Shown here: positions 1 to 12,794 of the stretch, one piece after another
Layout: every line of letters begins with the position of its first letter
Position numbering within the stretch: position 1 is the stretch's first letter
Source: Vitrella brassicaformis CCMP3155
Taxonomy: Eukaryota; Protista; Chromerida
Length of the DNA stretch: 64,000 nt
Direction of reading: 5' to 3'
NCBI GenBank assembly: GCA_001179505.1
Contig: CDMY01000435.1
Span: 1-64,000 of the forward strand
Translations under genes and position numbers: made by a program
The notes under the pieces: model-generated
The model's input: the letters and a program-made list of their open reading frames with translations, nothing else
The model's database searches: none
Told to the model about the DNA's origin: nothing

Positions 1-394
1 TGACGTCCTGTCCGCCATGGCCTGTCTCATGGAACGGACAAAGACTCAACAGCCGTCCTGTCTCACAGATCAGTGGATCGTCGGTCTATGAACCCTAGAC
101 CCTAAACCCTGGACCGACTTGCACTTCTGACATTTTTTTGTGACGTTTGGATCAATGACCGTCAAACTGATGTACCCTAAAGCGACAAGTTATTGAAAAG
201 CTTGGCCGTCAGGGCGTCTAGGGTGCCTCAACAAACCGTTACTGCAAAGATCGCGCTTCCTTTGCGGAGAAAGTAACGAACAAGGGTATCTCTGGGCGCG
301 AACTTCTTAAAAGATGCATCAACTGACTGAACACACGAAACGCGCCAGTTTGTGGTGGATGGGATGTTTCTCCCTTGTCCGTTCATGCAGCTGG

Positions 395-880
395 TTCAGC
401 TTGGTCTTTCTTGGGTGCCTTTTCGGAGGTCCCTCAGTGCCGCATCGACTTTGTCGAGCTTCTGGCGGTTAACGAAAGAGATCTCGCCGACTATCGTGCA
501 GTGGACTTGGTAGTGGATATGCTGGCAAGACTCCTCTCTGCAAATGCGGTCAGATCTCTGCAAATGCGGTCACCATCGACTGTCTGCTGCTTCCCCGCTT
601 GGCGCCGCAGTCTCTTCTCGTCGCTCTCGGAGTCATCGAAGACGTGCAGCAGCGAATCGACTGTCGAGCCTTCGGTGTTATCTGCGGCCACACCGGTAAG
701 AGCGGACACAGCCAATGTCTGCATTGCAGTTCAGCAGAACAAGCCTTCACGGCATTCATGACGGTCTTGCCGGTGCGGCAATGGCGCGATGTATTTATTG
801 TCCCTCAGGTCGTTGTAGTGGTTCAGCAAGTGGCTGCAGATGATTTGGAACGCCCGCATCTGCTCTTTGTTCAATCGGTG
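395..880 (-). pseudogene. Pif1-family SF1B helicase relic (frameshifted)
   Basis: Minus-strand motifs in canonical Pif1 order across frames: LNKEQMRAFQIICSHL (~877-830), TGKTVMNAVK Walker A (~774-745), LAVSALTGVAADNTEGSTVDSLL motif Ia (~715-650), and CTIVGEISFVNRQKLDKVDAALR, a Walker B with D->G (~500-435). Confidence 0.8.
535..572. repeat. 20-bp-period tandem duplication (TCTCTGCAAATGCGGTCA x2) inside the Pif1 relic
   Basis: Identical 18-mers at 535-552 and 555-572. Confidence 0.95.
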
Positions 881-1712
881 ACGGCCGGCCCACTGAACAG
901 ATCGTCGACCGTCTCAGGCGGCTTGAATGCGGACGCCGGCTGCGCCAGCAGTCAAGTGAGGCTGGCAGCATCCATCGAGTGACCACCGTGTGTGAAGAGA
1001 TTTGACTCGAAGAGAAGCTACTTACTCAGGAGGCTTGCTTCATCTGACGTGCCGCGGCTGTGGCCGATTTCACCTAGCTTGTTGCGTTGCTGCTGCAGGT
1101 CATCGTTGGGCTAATCCTGGCGGCTCCCATTTGATGGACAAGCCGATTGACAGTCATTGAAGGCAGTCTTCAACAGGCGCGCTAGATTCATACATGTCTA
1201 TTGATATCATCGCTGGATATCGATAGGTTGGCATTCAATTGCATCCAGCGATGCATTGATATACTTGGCGAAGCACGTCTTCAGCACGGGCGCAGCAGGC
1301 GCGGCAACATGGGGGGTGTCTTGTGTTCTTGGTGCAGCCCTCTGAGTACTTGCATGTTATCGCCACGTCTGTCTTCACGTCTGCATGTTTTTCAAGCGCC
1401 CGCCATTGTTGTCTGTATGTTTTGAAACTCTCGCCATTGTTGCATGCGTTGGTGTGCGTCTCGCCAGCACTCGTGCTGTGCACGTCTCTGTGACGCTGCA
1501 TTGAACCACCACTTCGCACGCTGTTTTCGATCCCCGCCCAATTCGCGGCCCGGGGTGCCCACGCAGTGGGTGCCCCTTACTCGGAATCATAAAAGAGTTA
1601 AAGAGTTAGGCGAATTCCACCGCACCCCTAAAGCCCCTTTCAGAATTGGATGTCATTGTATCCTTAATGGCGTTCACTCGGCACACAAAAGAGGGCGACG
1701 AATTGGCAAGCC

Positions 1713-4551
1713 TCAGAGCGTTGACCCGGCAGCTCCTGGTGGAGGAGGTGAGTTCTCAGTGCCGCCTTTGTCCGGTGTGAATGTATGGGGGATCTTCAGG
1801 TAGCGAGGAGAGCAAGGAAGGAGGAGGTGTTCGACTCGGCGCACGATGCGGATTTCGCCACCGCTCAGCAGCAGAAAAAGGACCTGCAGGAAAACGGCGC
1901 CGATGAGCTGGCGAGCCTTCGGTCGTCGCAAAATGGCAAGAGCCCTCGAAAGAACCAGGTAAGGTGCGGTCTGTTACGAGTGATTCGTCGGGGGGTCGCT
2001 TCACGATTTCCGTTTCTCTTGACAGCGTTCGCCGAGATCAGGTCAGGGAAGCTGAATGACATCGTGATGCATATATGTCTGTGCGGGTGCCTGTGTGCGC
2101 AGCAGAGGACCGGCTGGTGTTGGACTGCAGTGATGTGAATCCCGTTTGGGCGTTCAAACAATTCGCCGGCAAGCGACTACAGCCCACAGGTTGGTCAAAT
2201 CACAGGGGAACCCCTGGTCGTCGTGACAGTGTTCTTGTGCAGTTGACGTGTACGCCGATCTGAAAGGGCAGGAGGCTGATGAGGGCGATAGTGGCTCCGC
2301 GAGGCCTCTCAGGGCCACTGGGTGGGACGACCGATGCATGCATATTGTATGGGAGAAATGTATATCTTGGTCATCATTGCTTCGAGCAGATCGAGTCAGG
2401 GGACGCGGCTGTACCCCTCCGGTAAGCTTTGAGGTCCTCGTGAAACACTTAGCCTTCCACAATGCTGTCATCCATCGTGATGCCAGGCTTGCCTAGTCGT
2501 CGGTTGCAGTTTGAAACGCCTCTGCAGAGGTAAGAAGGGACAACATGCTGAGGACACATTTATGTCATTGATTGTTGTTGCACTCGGCTTTCTCAGATAT
2601 CAGCGTTTGCGTCGCGAAGTGCCCGAAGCTGTCGAGGCCATCGTACGCGCCACAAGCACATCATTATACACGCCCGCCTCCTTCCAAATCTTCTCTCACT
2701 GTGCGCAGCTTGTGTGGGTGAATGAGCGCCAGAGTGGCGGCGCCGCTGGCGAACAAGGTGATGCGGCCGATAAGGGGGCGATAGGGCTGGTGCAAGACAA
2801 CCTGCAGTTACAGGGTGGCACATAGAAGCAGGCGAAAAGTTCCCAGTAGCGTCAGGGTCTGTTCTTGTGGTTCGTTTGTAAGGTCACGTGCGCAAGCTGG
2901 AGGAAGAGGTACCGAAGCTTTTGCAGGCCTTGCAGAGCACCACTGCTCAAGAACCAGCACTCCCGTCTCCCAAGAGGGAAACTGACGTGAGACACCAACC
3001 AACACGGTACAAGGGGGATCGGAAATGTTCCGCTATTGTGTGAGTAGGGCGTGAGTGCCAGCGAGCGCCTGTTGATCGACTCACTGTGTTGGAGCCAAGC
3101 CACGACAGCCCTCGCTCGAGAGAACCCTCTGAAACTGCTGCAACACCACATCAAGGTGAGTACAAGGGAGGGGGTCACGTGACTTCCCTTGTCGTAACTA
3201 TTTTCCCACCCCATTATTGTTTAGTCACTGGATTCTGCCCCGCTGCAGCCCGACCTGCAGACAGGTACACTATGAACAGATGTAGGATATCTGTATGTCT
3301 GCTCTCTTGTGCAGAAGTGGTGGCGCCGTCTGCCAGCAAGGGACAGGTTACATACGCCGCCGAGGTGAGCGGGCCCACGCGGATGAGTTACAATGACGTT
3401 GTGTGGTGTATCCGGGTATTGGCGTTTCCAGGACGTTTCGAGCGTTTCCAACCTTAATGCTATGGCCCTTGCCCAGAAAATGCAAAGGCTCGAACAGAAA
3501 ATCGCAGGTCCCCCAATGGCAGAACAGAGGGGAATCAATGAAGCGGGCCATTCTACTTCTCTGTTTCTTTTGTACATACCTTTTTTCCAGCCCTTTCTGA
3601 GTGTACAGCGGGCAGCGAAGATGATACGGCAGAGGCGAAGGGCGCGCAACTGGACACCGCCCATAGTGCTGCGAGCATCATCGGTACCTCATGCGAGCAC
3701 AGGAAGGTCGAGCCGCTTGCCGCTATCGTGCTGTGTGAGGCGTATGGTCAGGGGCTGTGAGCGAGTTGGTGTCTCGTGTCCGTCTGTGTGGGGACGAAAA
3801 GGCCTTGAGTGAGCTGGAGTGCTCACTGCATGTAGTCAGCACGGAACTGGACCTCCTCGAGAGCCAAGCTGCACGGGTAGGTAGATTATGTCGGCATGCA
3901 TATCGCACATCTGCCTTTGTTGCCCTCAGGAGCGGCATATGTTCGATTCTCTGCCGGCGAGCATGAACCCCATCAAGAAGGTGAGGGTTGACTTAGGGCA
4001 AACGGGCTGTCTAGATCATCGAGTGGATCTCTTGCGCGTATTCATGCAGTTTGAGAAGCTCTATGACGAGCTGGCGCCCATGGACGCGATAGCTGAGTAC
4101 TGAACACCACCACTACAAGCAACTCATAGCTGTCCACCGCGTTTCTGCCATGGCTGCAGTCGTTTGCAGGGTGTTATCAGCGGACTGCAGGAGGGCTCGA
4201 TTCAAGAGGGGCTTGGAGAGGCCAGCAGCGTCTGCCAGTCGCTGAGACGACAGGAAATACAAAACATGCAACTCAAGGTGGCCAATTGAGGCAGAAGAAC
4301 ATCGGCCAAAATGCCGTGTAAGTTGGCCTGCCCCTGCTTGCTGCCTGCAGGATAGCTTGAAGACCAACAGCGATGCCATAGCCAAGGTGAGATGTGCACA
4401 GACACGACCAGCGCCCGGGGCCACGTGTCTGATCTATTCACGTGTATTCTCTCTTGTGCTGCAGATGCAGCTGACTCTTTCAGAGAATGCCGCTGCAGTG
4501 CATAGAGGCGTGGAAGCGCTCATCAAGAGAAGTCAAGAAGTGAAGAGTTAG
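1713..4551 (+). CDS. Multi-exon hypothetical protein with coiled-coil-like segments
   Basis: Exon-like blocks bounded by GT/AG: VARRARKEEVF...KNQ, NAMALAQKMQRLEQK, ALSELECSLHVVSTELDLLESQAAR, last exon MQLTLSENAAAVHRGVEALIKRSQEVKS*. No family recognised; start uncertain. Confidence 0.4.
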
Positions 4552-4843
4552 AGGCTATGTACTAGGTTAATCCTGAACCGCTTGAATATTGAACACATTT
4601 CTTAATAGACGCCCAACTCGTGATTGACCGTCAACATGAAGGTTCAGGGTTTTAAAACCCTGCAGCATTCGGCAGCCAACGATCTTTGTCCGCAAAACAC
4701 GCGTTTCGCGCCTTGGCGGCACACAAGCATCAGTATGAACCTGTCATTAGTCGCCCGGAAGGCGCTCGAGCTGCTGGCTTCCACGCCTATGTCCAGGGCC
4801 TCGACTCGCCAGATCTGTGCCGGCTGCTGGATATCCGCTTGAA

Positions 4844-7800
4844 ATGAAGAGCCATTTTTTGATGAACCATCGCCTCTCATCTCTGGCCGTGCCCCTGGCG
4901 GACGGGAGCACTGCTGCTCGAATCAAGATCCCTCAGATGACTCATCAAGATACGTCGGGAGGAGTACATCAAGATCTGACCAATCGCCTTATCGATGCCC
5001 GCTCGTCACAGGAGCTGCTGGCTCTCATCGACAAGGACCTTCATCGCTTCAACACTGTCAACCTCGTCACGGGTCTGAGGCGACTCGTGCATTTCGGCTA
5101 TGATGTCAAGCGCGACAGAAAGAACACGGCGAGGTACTGCGGTAATGACGTCGTCAATCGTCTACTGCAGAGAATCGACATGGAGCTGCAATCGGCAACA
5201 GCTCGGGGGAATGCAGTCCCCCAAACAGATTCGACGGGAGGTGGTGAACGACGGAGTCCTTTCTTGACCTACCAGGAGAGCGACGACGGCGGAGTCGGCG
5301 ATCCCTCGAGTCCATCTCATTCCGTCGGATCCGTTCTTCCTTGGAAGTCTTCATTTTCACCTCGCGACTTATCCACGTGCGCGTGGTCCCTGAGCAAACT
5401 CGGTCTGGCATCGCTCTGCCGCCACATGTTCGATATGATAACCTCCGTGTCCCTCTCGAACCTGGCCCACTACACCCCTCAAGATGTCAACATGCAGCTA
5501 TACGGCTACGGCGAGGCACAAGTGGCCGACCCGGTCCTCTTTCGCGAGTTGGGCAATCTAATTTGCCGCCGCGTCGATGACTTCTCTCTGTCGTCCCTTG
5601 CTCTTGTCCTGTGGGCATATGCTACGACCAAGACGGCACACCCAATGCTGTTCGCTGCTGTGAGCGATGCTGTGACCAGGGAGGGGGCGAGGCGGCTGCA
5701 TTATGAGTCAGTTCGCGTGGGGCAGATCGCTATGATTGTGTGGGCGTACAGCGCAATGCAAGAAGTCCACGTGCGGCTCTTCGACGCGATCGCACGGAAA
5801 CTCATCGACGAGCTGAGGACGGACCGGCAGAGCCCTTCACAGTGGCGCATGCAGCTGACCAGCAAGGACGTGGCTAACGTTGCATGGGCTTACGCGCGAC
5901 AGCTACTACTGCTCCAAGAAAGAAGGGCAACGCCGGAGAAGCAAATGACAATTGACAAGCTCCCGCTCCATGCTGAGGACATGGACTTGCAGCTGCCAGC
6001 TGTCAAGGTGCCAGCGAATCGGACCTCGCCTCCTCCCCTCACCCCACTGCATCGGGATCTCTTCGACGTTCTAGCCACAAAGGCTGTCAACCTGCTCCTC
6101 GCCAACCGGTTTCCCTCCCACGATTGCGCCATGCTTCTCTGGGCCCACGGGAAGCTGCGGCTTCACCACGCCTTGCTGGTGGAAACCATGACGTCATACC
6201 TTCTCTCGGCCGACGACGTGAAAGACGCAAAAACTGTGGATGAAGTAGCCTCTGCTGCGCCGGTTCCTCTTCCTGGCGTGACGGACGATGCTGTGCGGAG
6301 TCGAGCCATGACTAAGCCAACTGCAAGAGGAAAGTTAGATCCCCCAAGAGCGCCTCCTTTGTCGCAGAGCCGCCGATTCGACTATCGTGAGGGGAAAGAG
6401 GGTCCCCCCATGCCTACTGGCGGCGATTCTCGGCTAACTCAGTTCGCTTCTCATCATCTCGCTGTCGTGTGCTGGAGCTATGCGGCCCTTCGCGTCCCAT
6501 GCGAGGCTCTCTACACGGAGATAGGCCTGGAGATCGTGAAGAGGTATCAGACCGACAACCTCAAGGAAGGGGCAGATGGGGAGGGGCCTTCAAATCTATC
6601 GCCCCAAAGCCTCGGCATGTTCGCGTGGTCGTTCGCTGTGGCAAACTATCGCGATCGTAAGGCACTGGGTGTCCTGGCGGCCGCAGTACCTCACCTAGTG
6701 AAGAAGGGGCGGTTCAACGCCCAGACCGTGGCCAATTCCGTCTGGTCCTTCGCCGTGTTGCATTTCTTCCACTTCCCGACATTCGCACTTCTCGGCGATG
6801 CGGCCCTGCGCTATGTGGGAAACATGAGTGTGCCGGCCACCTGTGCTCTTCTCTGGGGTTTAGCGATCGCCGGCATCCATCATCGACCCCTGTGTGCGGC
6901 CTTGCTGACGCGGGTGGGTACTGAAATCCAAGTCCATGTATTGTTGTGTTCCCTCTTGCCTGAACTTGTGTCGGTATTTTCAGTTGCCGCAACTATTGAA
7001 GGGAATGGATGCGTCTCAGATCGGGATTGTTGTGTGGGCTCTGGCGTCCGTCGGAGCCCTGCAGTCCTTGATCGTCTACCCACAACTCCGACTGTCGTCT
7101 CAGTGGATGGACTTGCACCGGCAGCGAGAGGAGACAGTCAACAGAGTAGCACACTATATACTCCACGAGAGGGGGCTGGCGACATTCCCTTCCGAGAACC
7201 TCACATCTGTCATGTGGTCTCTCGCTGCTGCTGGACACTTTACGCAACCGGTAAGTGAGCATGAAGGTGTCAGGGAGCGGAATGGATTGAAAGGTGACGC
7301 GGTGTGATGCTCCAGGTAGGGGAACTGTTCAGGCAGGCCTTCCAGCTACCCATGTGGGACGACGCCATTAATCGTATGGACGGTCCCTCCAAGCATCAGG
7401 TGCTGTAGAAGACTGCTCCAGCACCTTCGTCAACGTCTTCTGAATTGATCTTTTGCAGCTCCTCGTTACCCATTGTGTGACGCTATGGATGCTAGCTCAA
7501 CAGGAGGACAATGGGTCACGGTTTCTGTCTTCGGCTGCTCGTCGTTTGTCGCACAGCCTTAGCCCGTCTCCTCCACCCCGTCCGTCTGGGCCCCGCGTCG
7601 GTCCAATCCAGCAGGCCCTCCTCGATGTCGGTGTGTCCCCTGGGCTGTCGGCAAAGGTGATCTGCTGCCTTGAACGTCAGCTTGATGCCGTGAGGAAGAC
7701 AGTACAGACGTCGACAGCCCAGCGCCTTACGGCCAACTCTCTGGCACAGTTGCGGGTGCCCTGTCGTGAAGAGCTGATGACCCCCGAGGGATTCCTGATC

Positions 7801-8284
7801 GATGTGGCTGTCTTGCCCCAAGACTGGAGAGAGGACTCACAGGGAGATGATGAGATTCCGGGAGTGAGAGACTTTGGAAGGCCCATTGCTGTCGAGAACG
7901 ATGGACCGACACACTTTGTTACAGCATAGTAAGTGGACACACAGGAGCCACGCCACTGTGTCAGCCCGCGATTACTCGGATGCTGTGTGAAGTGGCAGTC
8001 CATCATCTTTTCGGCAGCCCGTCCCCTCTTCCCTCACAATGCCTCGGGCAGCTGACGCCCAACTCCAGTACGGCGGAAACGCTCTTCTGAAGCAATGGTG
8101 AGTGATGTTCGACCCTTTTATCCATTTATCACACATCCGGCAACGGACTTCGGCTGACCGTAGGTTGCTTCGGGAGCATGGATGGACTGTGGTGCCGATA
8201 AGTCACCTTGAGCTGTCAGAAGAGACAAACCAGCCCATCGATATCGTGCGCAAGAAACTGAGAGTGGCGGTCACAGAAGGATGA
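4844..8284 (+). CDS. Heptatricopeptide/FASTK-like helical-repeat protein with C-terminal RAP domain (organellar RNA-binding)
   Basis: Repeats FSPRDLSTCAWSLSKLG, FSLSSLALVLWAYAT, FPSHDCAMLLWAHGKL, LSPQSLGMFAWSFAV, FNAQTVANSVWSFAVL. RAP motifs TPEGFLIDVAV, IAVENDGPTHF, RRLLREHGWTVVPI. First exon ~2 kb, then short introns. Confidence 0.9.
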
Positions 8285-8971
8285 GTGTGACCGATGTTCC
8301 ACCAGGGCTGTCGCGATGGCTTCGGGCCGATGTTGCATAGCATCAGCAGAATGAACACCCATGTTCAGACATGCTGATTGTCTACTGAATGCATTGGCGT
8401 CCGGAGTGGGCTCCAGGGATGCGTAGTGTTGGATTGCGCACACCCATCCACAAGCAATAGATGAGCACATGGACACGTGAAGGGGGTACATGGACTCGTG
8501 ATGGCTCCTAACTGAGTCCATGTACCTTGAACTGCGAATCTGAGTTATTTTGTTATCCGTCACGTACTTATTTCTCCTTATCTGTATCTGGAGAGGATCT
8601 TTTCTTTTGCACATTGGCACACATTGAAGTCGCCACATCAGTTCAGTGGAGACACCGACTAATGCCAAGGCGAGGCGAGGCGCGCCGCGCCAAACATGAC
8701 TGTCAGGCTTCCATTCGGTCCTTCAGAAGGCTGGGCCTCGTTGGACACTGTTGTCTTGCCACCACCCCCTTGAAGTCTCCTGGAATGAGGTGGCAAGGCA
8801 ATCCAAAAATGAGGTGCATGCAATCGAAAAATGAGATGCATTATTGGAGTGGTCTCATTAATAGTTGTACAACCATGTCCCTGTCTGTATGCATCGTCTA
8901 TGGACGTACACGTATCCGTGAATCAGGAGAGCAATGAAGCAATTCTTGGCGGCTCGATGAATGGAACATCT

Positions 8972-11858
8972 TCACAACGCAACGTCGTACGTCACAAGGC
9001 GCCACCCTCCGGTACGAGTGTCGCGTACAAAGCGGGGATTGGGCACTAATGTCGCGTCGAGTGTGCTGTTGACGGTGTAGCTCTCGAGCTCGTCTCGGAG
9101 AGCGAAATAACTTTCCTTGGGTCTGTAGTCCTCGTCGAATAGCAGGGGCCCTGAGACACACGTGCAGACAGACAGCACACGCCATCACCGTTCCCACGCT
9201 GTATATTTCTCCCGTCTCTTCTCACAGGCCGGTGCGAACAGATCCCTGTTGAGCCATGAGGTTTTGTCCACAAATCCCCATGTCATGAATCCAGAACAGT
9301 TCGGTTCGCCCAAACAGACGCGCATTAGATGCTTGTAAACTCGCGCCTACGTCAACACTCATACGTCTCAAGGGGTGCACCTTTTCCTTTGACACAGGCA
9401 CATATACCTGCTGATACTCCTTGACCTCGTCCCAGCCTGACCCCTCCGCGTCACAATTTACATACTTACCCTCTGTCCCCCAGTACCCACTGGCGACATC
9501 TATCTCGGTGAACTGACGGCAGCAAGACATTACTAGACGCGTCCAGTGTCTACTCACTCACCTGGACTTGCAGTCCCAACGCACCGAGGCGTCGCATGTT
9601 TTCTCTCATGCCGTCAGCTATTCTTTCCAGTCTCTCCTCGGTCGCCCCTTCACATGACTGGTCAAAGTGGAACGCCGCCCGCCGATTGAGGTGCGATTGA
9701 AACCCAACTCCATGCACATGAATGCCTCTTTGCTTAAAGGACTTCATCATGTTGTAGAGGGCGTCAGCCTTGCCCCTTGCGAAGTCGCCATCCTCGGCTG
9801 TGCTCTCGATAGCATAATCTGAGAGTTTGCGCAGCAGACGAATGTAATGCACCAGCTGTAGAGAAGGTGACAGATGAAAGAGCACCGTTGTAGAAGAGTT
9901 TTATGGGATGAAATGTTGTATTGGAGTGTTTCTTGTCGGCCTCCTGCAGCGCCCTGTAGGCGGTCTGGAACGCCACCTCCACATAGTCCCCGATGGCCGA
10001 CCTTCATGGACATCATGAATATGGCACAAAGAAGCGAGTTCGATGCATGTTTACCAGGTGCAGGGCCGCATCCTCCACCCTCCTGAAAAACATGGGACAC
10101 CACACCAATGGACATTTCTGGCAGAACAGTGGCTTTACCAGCCGCTAGCTCGGCAGGATCTTGATCGTCGTCCAGTGCTGTAGCTCATACATCAGACCGA
10201 CAAATCAGGCAGACGGCCATTCACAGCTAACGAAATTGCGAAGCATCTCTTCTCTGTGCCGTACCTTCATTCGCGACATCCCACACAAACACTGTATCCG
10301 CGTACTTCGGAGCTCTGTAGCGGGCCACCATCTTCTCGATGTGCGTGATCAATTGGTCCCTGATGTCGTCTGGCGACATTTGGGGAAGCCACTCTGCAAG
10401 GTTTCCATACTGTACGTCTTTCTGAGCGCGGTTTCACACAATGAGACATTGAATGGAGGGATAATTGCACACAACAGGGTAAGTGGAAGCTTCACACAAC
10501 CAGGCGCCGCCTACCTCCTGAGGTACATGAGGATACAAGAGACAGTCCAGTGGCAGATGCAGGTCACACACATCTGTCTTCACACACCTACCCAGACAAG
10601 TGCATGGAAGCGCGCCTTTTGCCTGTTTTCCACAGCTAGATCCATTACAAGGTCGCCTGCAAACAGATCGACAGATTCATTACTCATCTCCATGTCTTGT
10701 GCGCATCCATCGACGCGCCTGACGCCTCACAGGGTGTGAAGTCAAAGGTGACAGGATCGGTCCTCGTGAATGACCATTTGCATTCTCGTTCCGGCGCGAT
10801 GAATGAGAAGTCCTGTCGGACAATTTTCTGGAACGCGGGCTCGCCCCCATATGTGCAACGTGGCCTGCCCTTGGCACCAACCTGAATACGCACACACATA
10901 CCTGTGTATTCGCGCTTGCGCACATTGAATAGCCATACCGGAGCCTGGCAGATCGCTGTGCCGACAGACATGTTGGCTGCAATCGCAGCAGCTTTCAACG
11001 AGCCGAGCCATTCTCCGTCCAGCGGCAAGTCCGATGCTGTCCACGTGCTTCCTGCCGCTCGCACGGAGCAAGGGCAGACGCTTTTTCCGTCGACACGTGG
11101 GGCCGCTTCTTTGTGGCCTACCATTTTTGACTACTTCTAGCTCGACCGTGAAGTTAGTCTCCCATGGTGGGCCTTCTCTGACTACTGTGGCCTCGAGTGT
11201 CAGCCGTTCCTCAAACAAGAAGCTGTGATTGCTTTGCGCTGAAGTATCTTCCGTAACGAAGGCACCCATAAAGTGGCGTCCCAGAGCAGTAGCGGCGCTC
11301 GATGCACCGAACAAGGAAAAAGGCATTTCCGTGTCTGTGTGGTTGAAGACTTCTGTCCCATTCGCGGCTCGGATGGTGAACCTCACGTTCTTCACGGGCG
11401 GCTTGGTCAGGTAATGGTCGTCAAGGATGTCGGTCTGAGGGAAGGGGCGTGGCGCGCAGTCTCCCTCTGCGCATTTGTGTCTGCGTACCTCCTCGGGTTC
11501 AGGATGCAGAATGATGGTGATGGCGTGTCCCCTGCCCTCAGGAGAAATGAGCTGGAAGGGGCTGTGAGTGATCGGCATTGAGTTCTGCGCGACCGAGTAT
11601 GTGGGGATCCACACACGTCAGGAGTGAGGGGCAAAAACAGTCGTCGCCTGTGCACCCACGTACCATAAGGTGTCCGTCTTCGTCAATAGCACATACGGCG
11701 AAGACCTGTTTCTCCCGTGGAATCGCCACAGGCTTTGTCTGTAGTTCTCGAACGGCAGCTACAGACAAAGCGTGTACAAGGTGCACAACTACTAGCAACT
11801 CCAGCCTTGCGCCACCCGGAGCGCGGCAAGCGAGACGCGAAGTGCCAAGCTGCCGCAT
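8972..11858 (-). CDS. Glycoside hydrolase family 10 (endo-xylanase-like) with hydrophobic leader and unassigned N-terminal domain
   Basis: GH10 motifs on successive exons: FSFIAPERECKW, RFHALVW, VFVWDVANE (acid/base Glu), KLFYN, VHGVGFQSHL, QVQ|FTEIDV (nucleophile Glu), GPLLFDEDYRPKESY. Confidence 0.9.
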
Positions 11859-12295
11859 GATTAACCTCCGATAGCCTACTCTAACGTCTCGCGAACGTAA
11901 ATAGTGTGCGGGGTAGGCAGAGGCGGATTGAATCCTTGGTCTTTCTGCCAAGTTTAAGTTTCAGCCGAATTTTTCTGCCGTCGCTGTCGATGAAACTAAC
12001 AGACATTTGCTACATGTTACGGGCTGTTGAGCTGGGTTCTTCAGCTTTTATGAGATGGGTGGGTGTCTTGTGAGAGTGTATGAGTGTATGAGATGAGCTG
12101 TACTGTATTCTTACGGTTCACCTCATCGTAAGTCGTACTGTATTTTTACGGTGAGGAGGGTGCATCGACTCTATGCCAGCAAGATTCTTCCTCAATTTTC
12201 CCATACCACACGTTCATGCAAAAATGCATTGAAGCACAAATAGAGTCTCGATGTTGATCAGTGCCCCAAGCCCACGTAATATTTGCTGACCACGG

Positions 12296-12359
12296 ACAGA
12301 CAGACAGACAGACACACACACAAATACGCAGGCTCACAGGCAGACAGACAGACAGACAG
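12296..12359. repeat. (CAGA)n-type microsatellite; similar tracts near 38200, 43700, 51330, 54630 and 55290
   Basis: Directly visible cagacagacaga / tgtctgtctgtc runs. Confidence 0.9.
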
Positions 12360-12794
12360 GTCCGTGTGCACTTACTAGTCAAAGAGTTCCCCCACGCTCT
12401 CCTGAAAGAAACAACATATAGACAAGGCATGGAGCACGCAGGCAGACAGGCAGGTCATCATGTGCGTCTTCTCCACTAACATAGATCCCTTCTCCGCCGG
12501 GCACGGGCGACCCAACTTCGATGTGCGTCTCGCTAGTATGGAGAAGGAAACCTTATCTGTGTACTCTCTCTCTGCAACCTTTTCTGTTTCACGGCATACT
12601 CAGCACCGACGGCAGCAGCGGTTTCAGAACTTCCGCGCTTCCTGTCATCATTCCTCATCCCGTTCGTAAGAACAACACTGCCGCCGGCAAAAGATCTCTC
12701 AGATTCCCCGCTATTTTCTGTCTGTGTCTGTATGTTTGTATTGCAGATCTCTTTCGGCCTCCGTCTCCGTTTCCCCTTCGCCTCTTCCCCTCCG

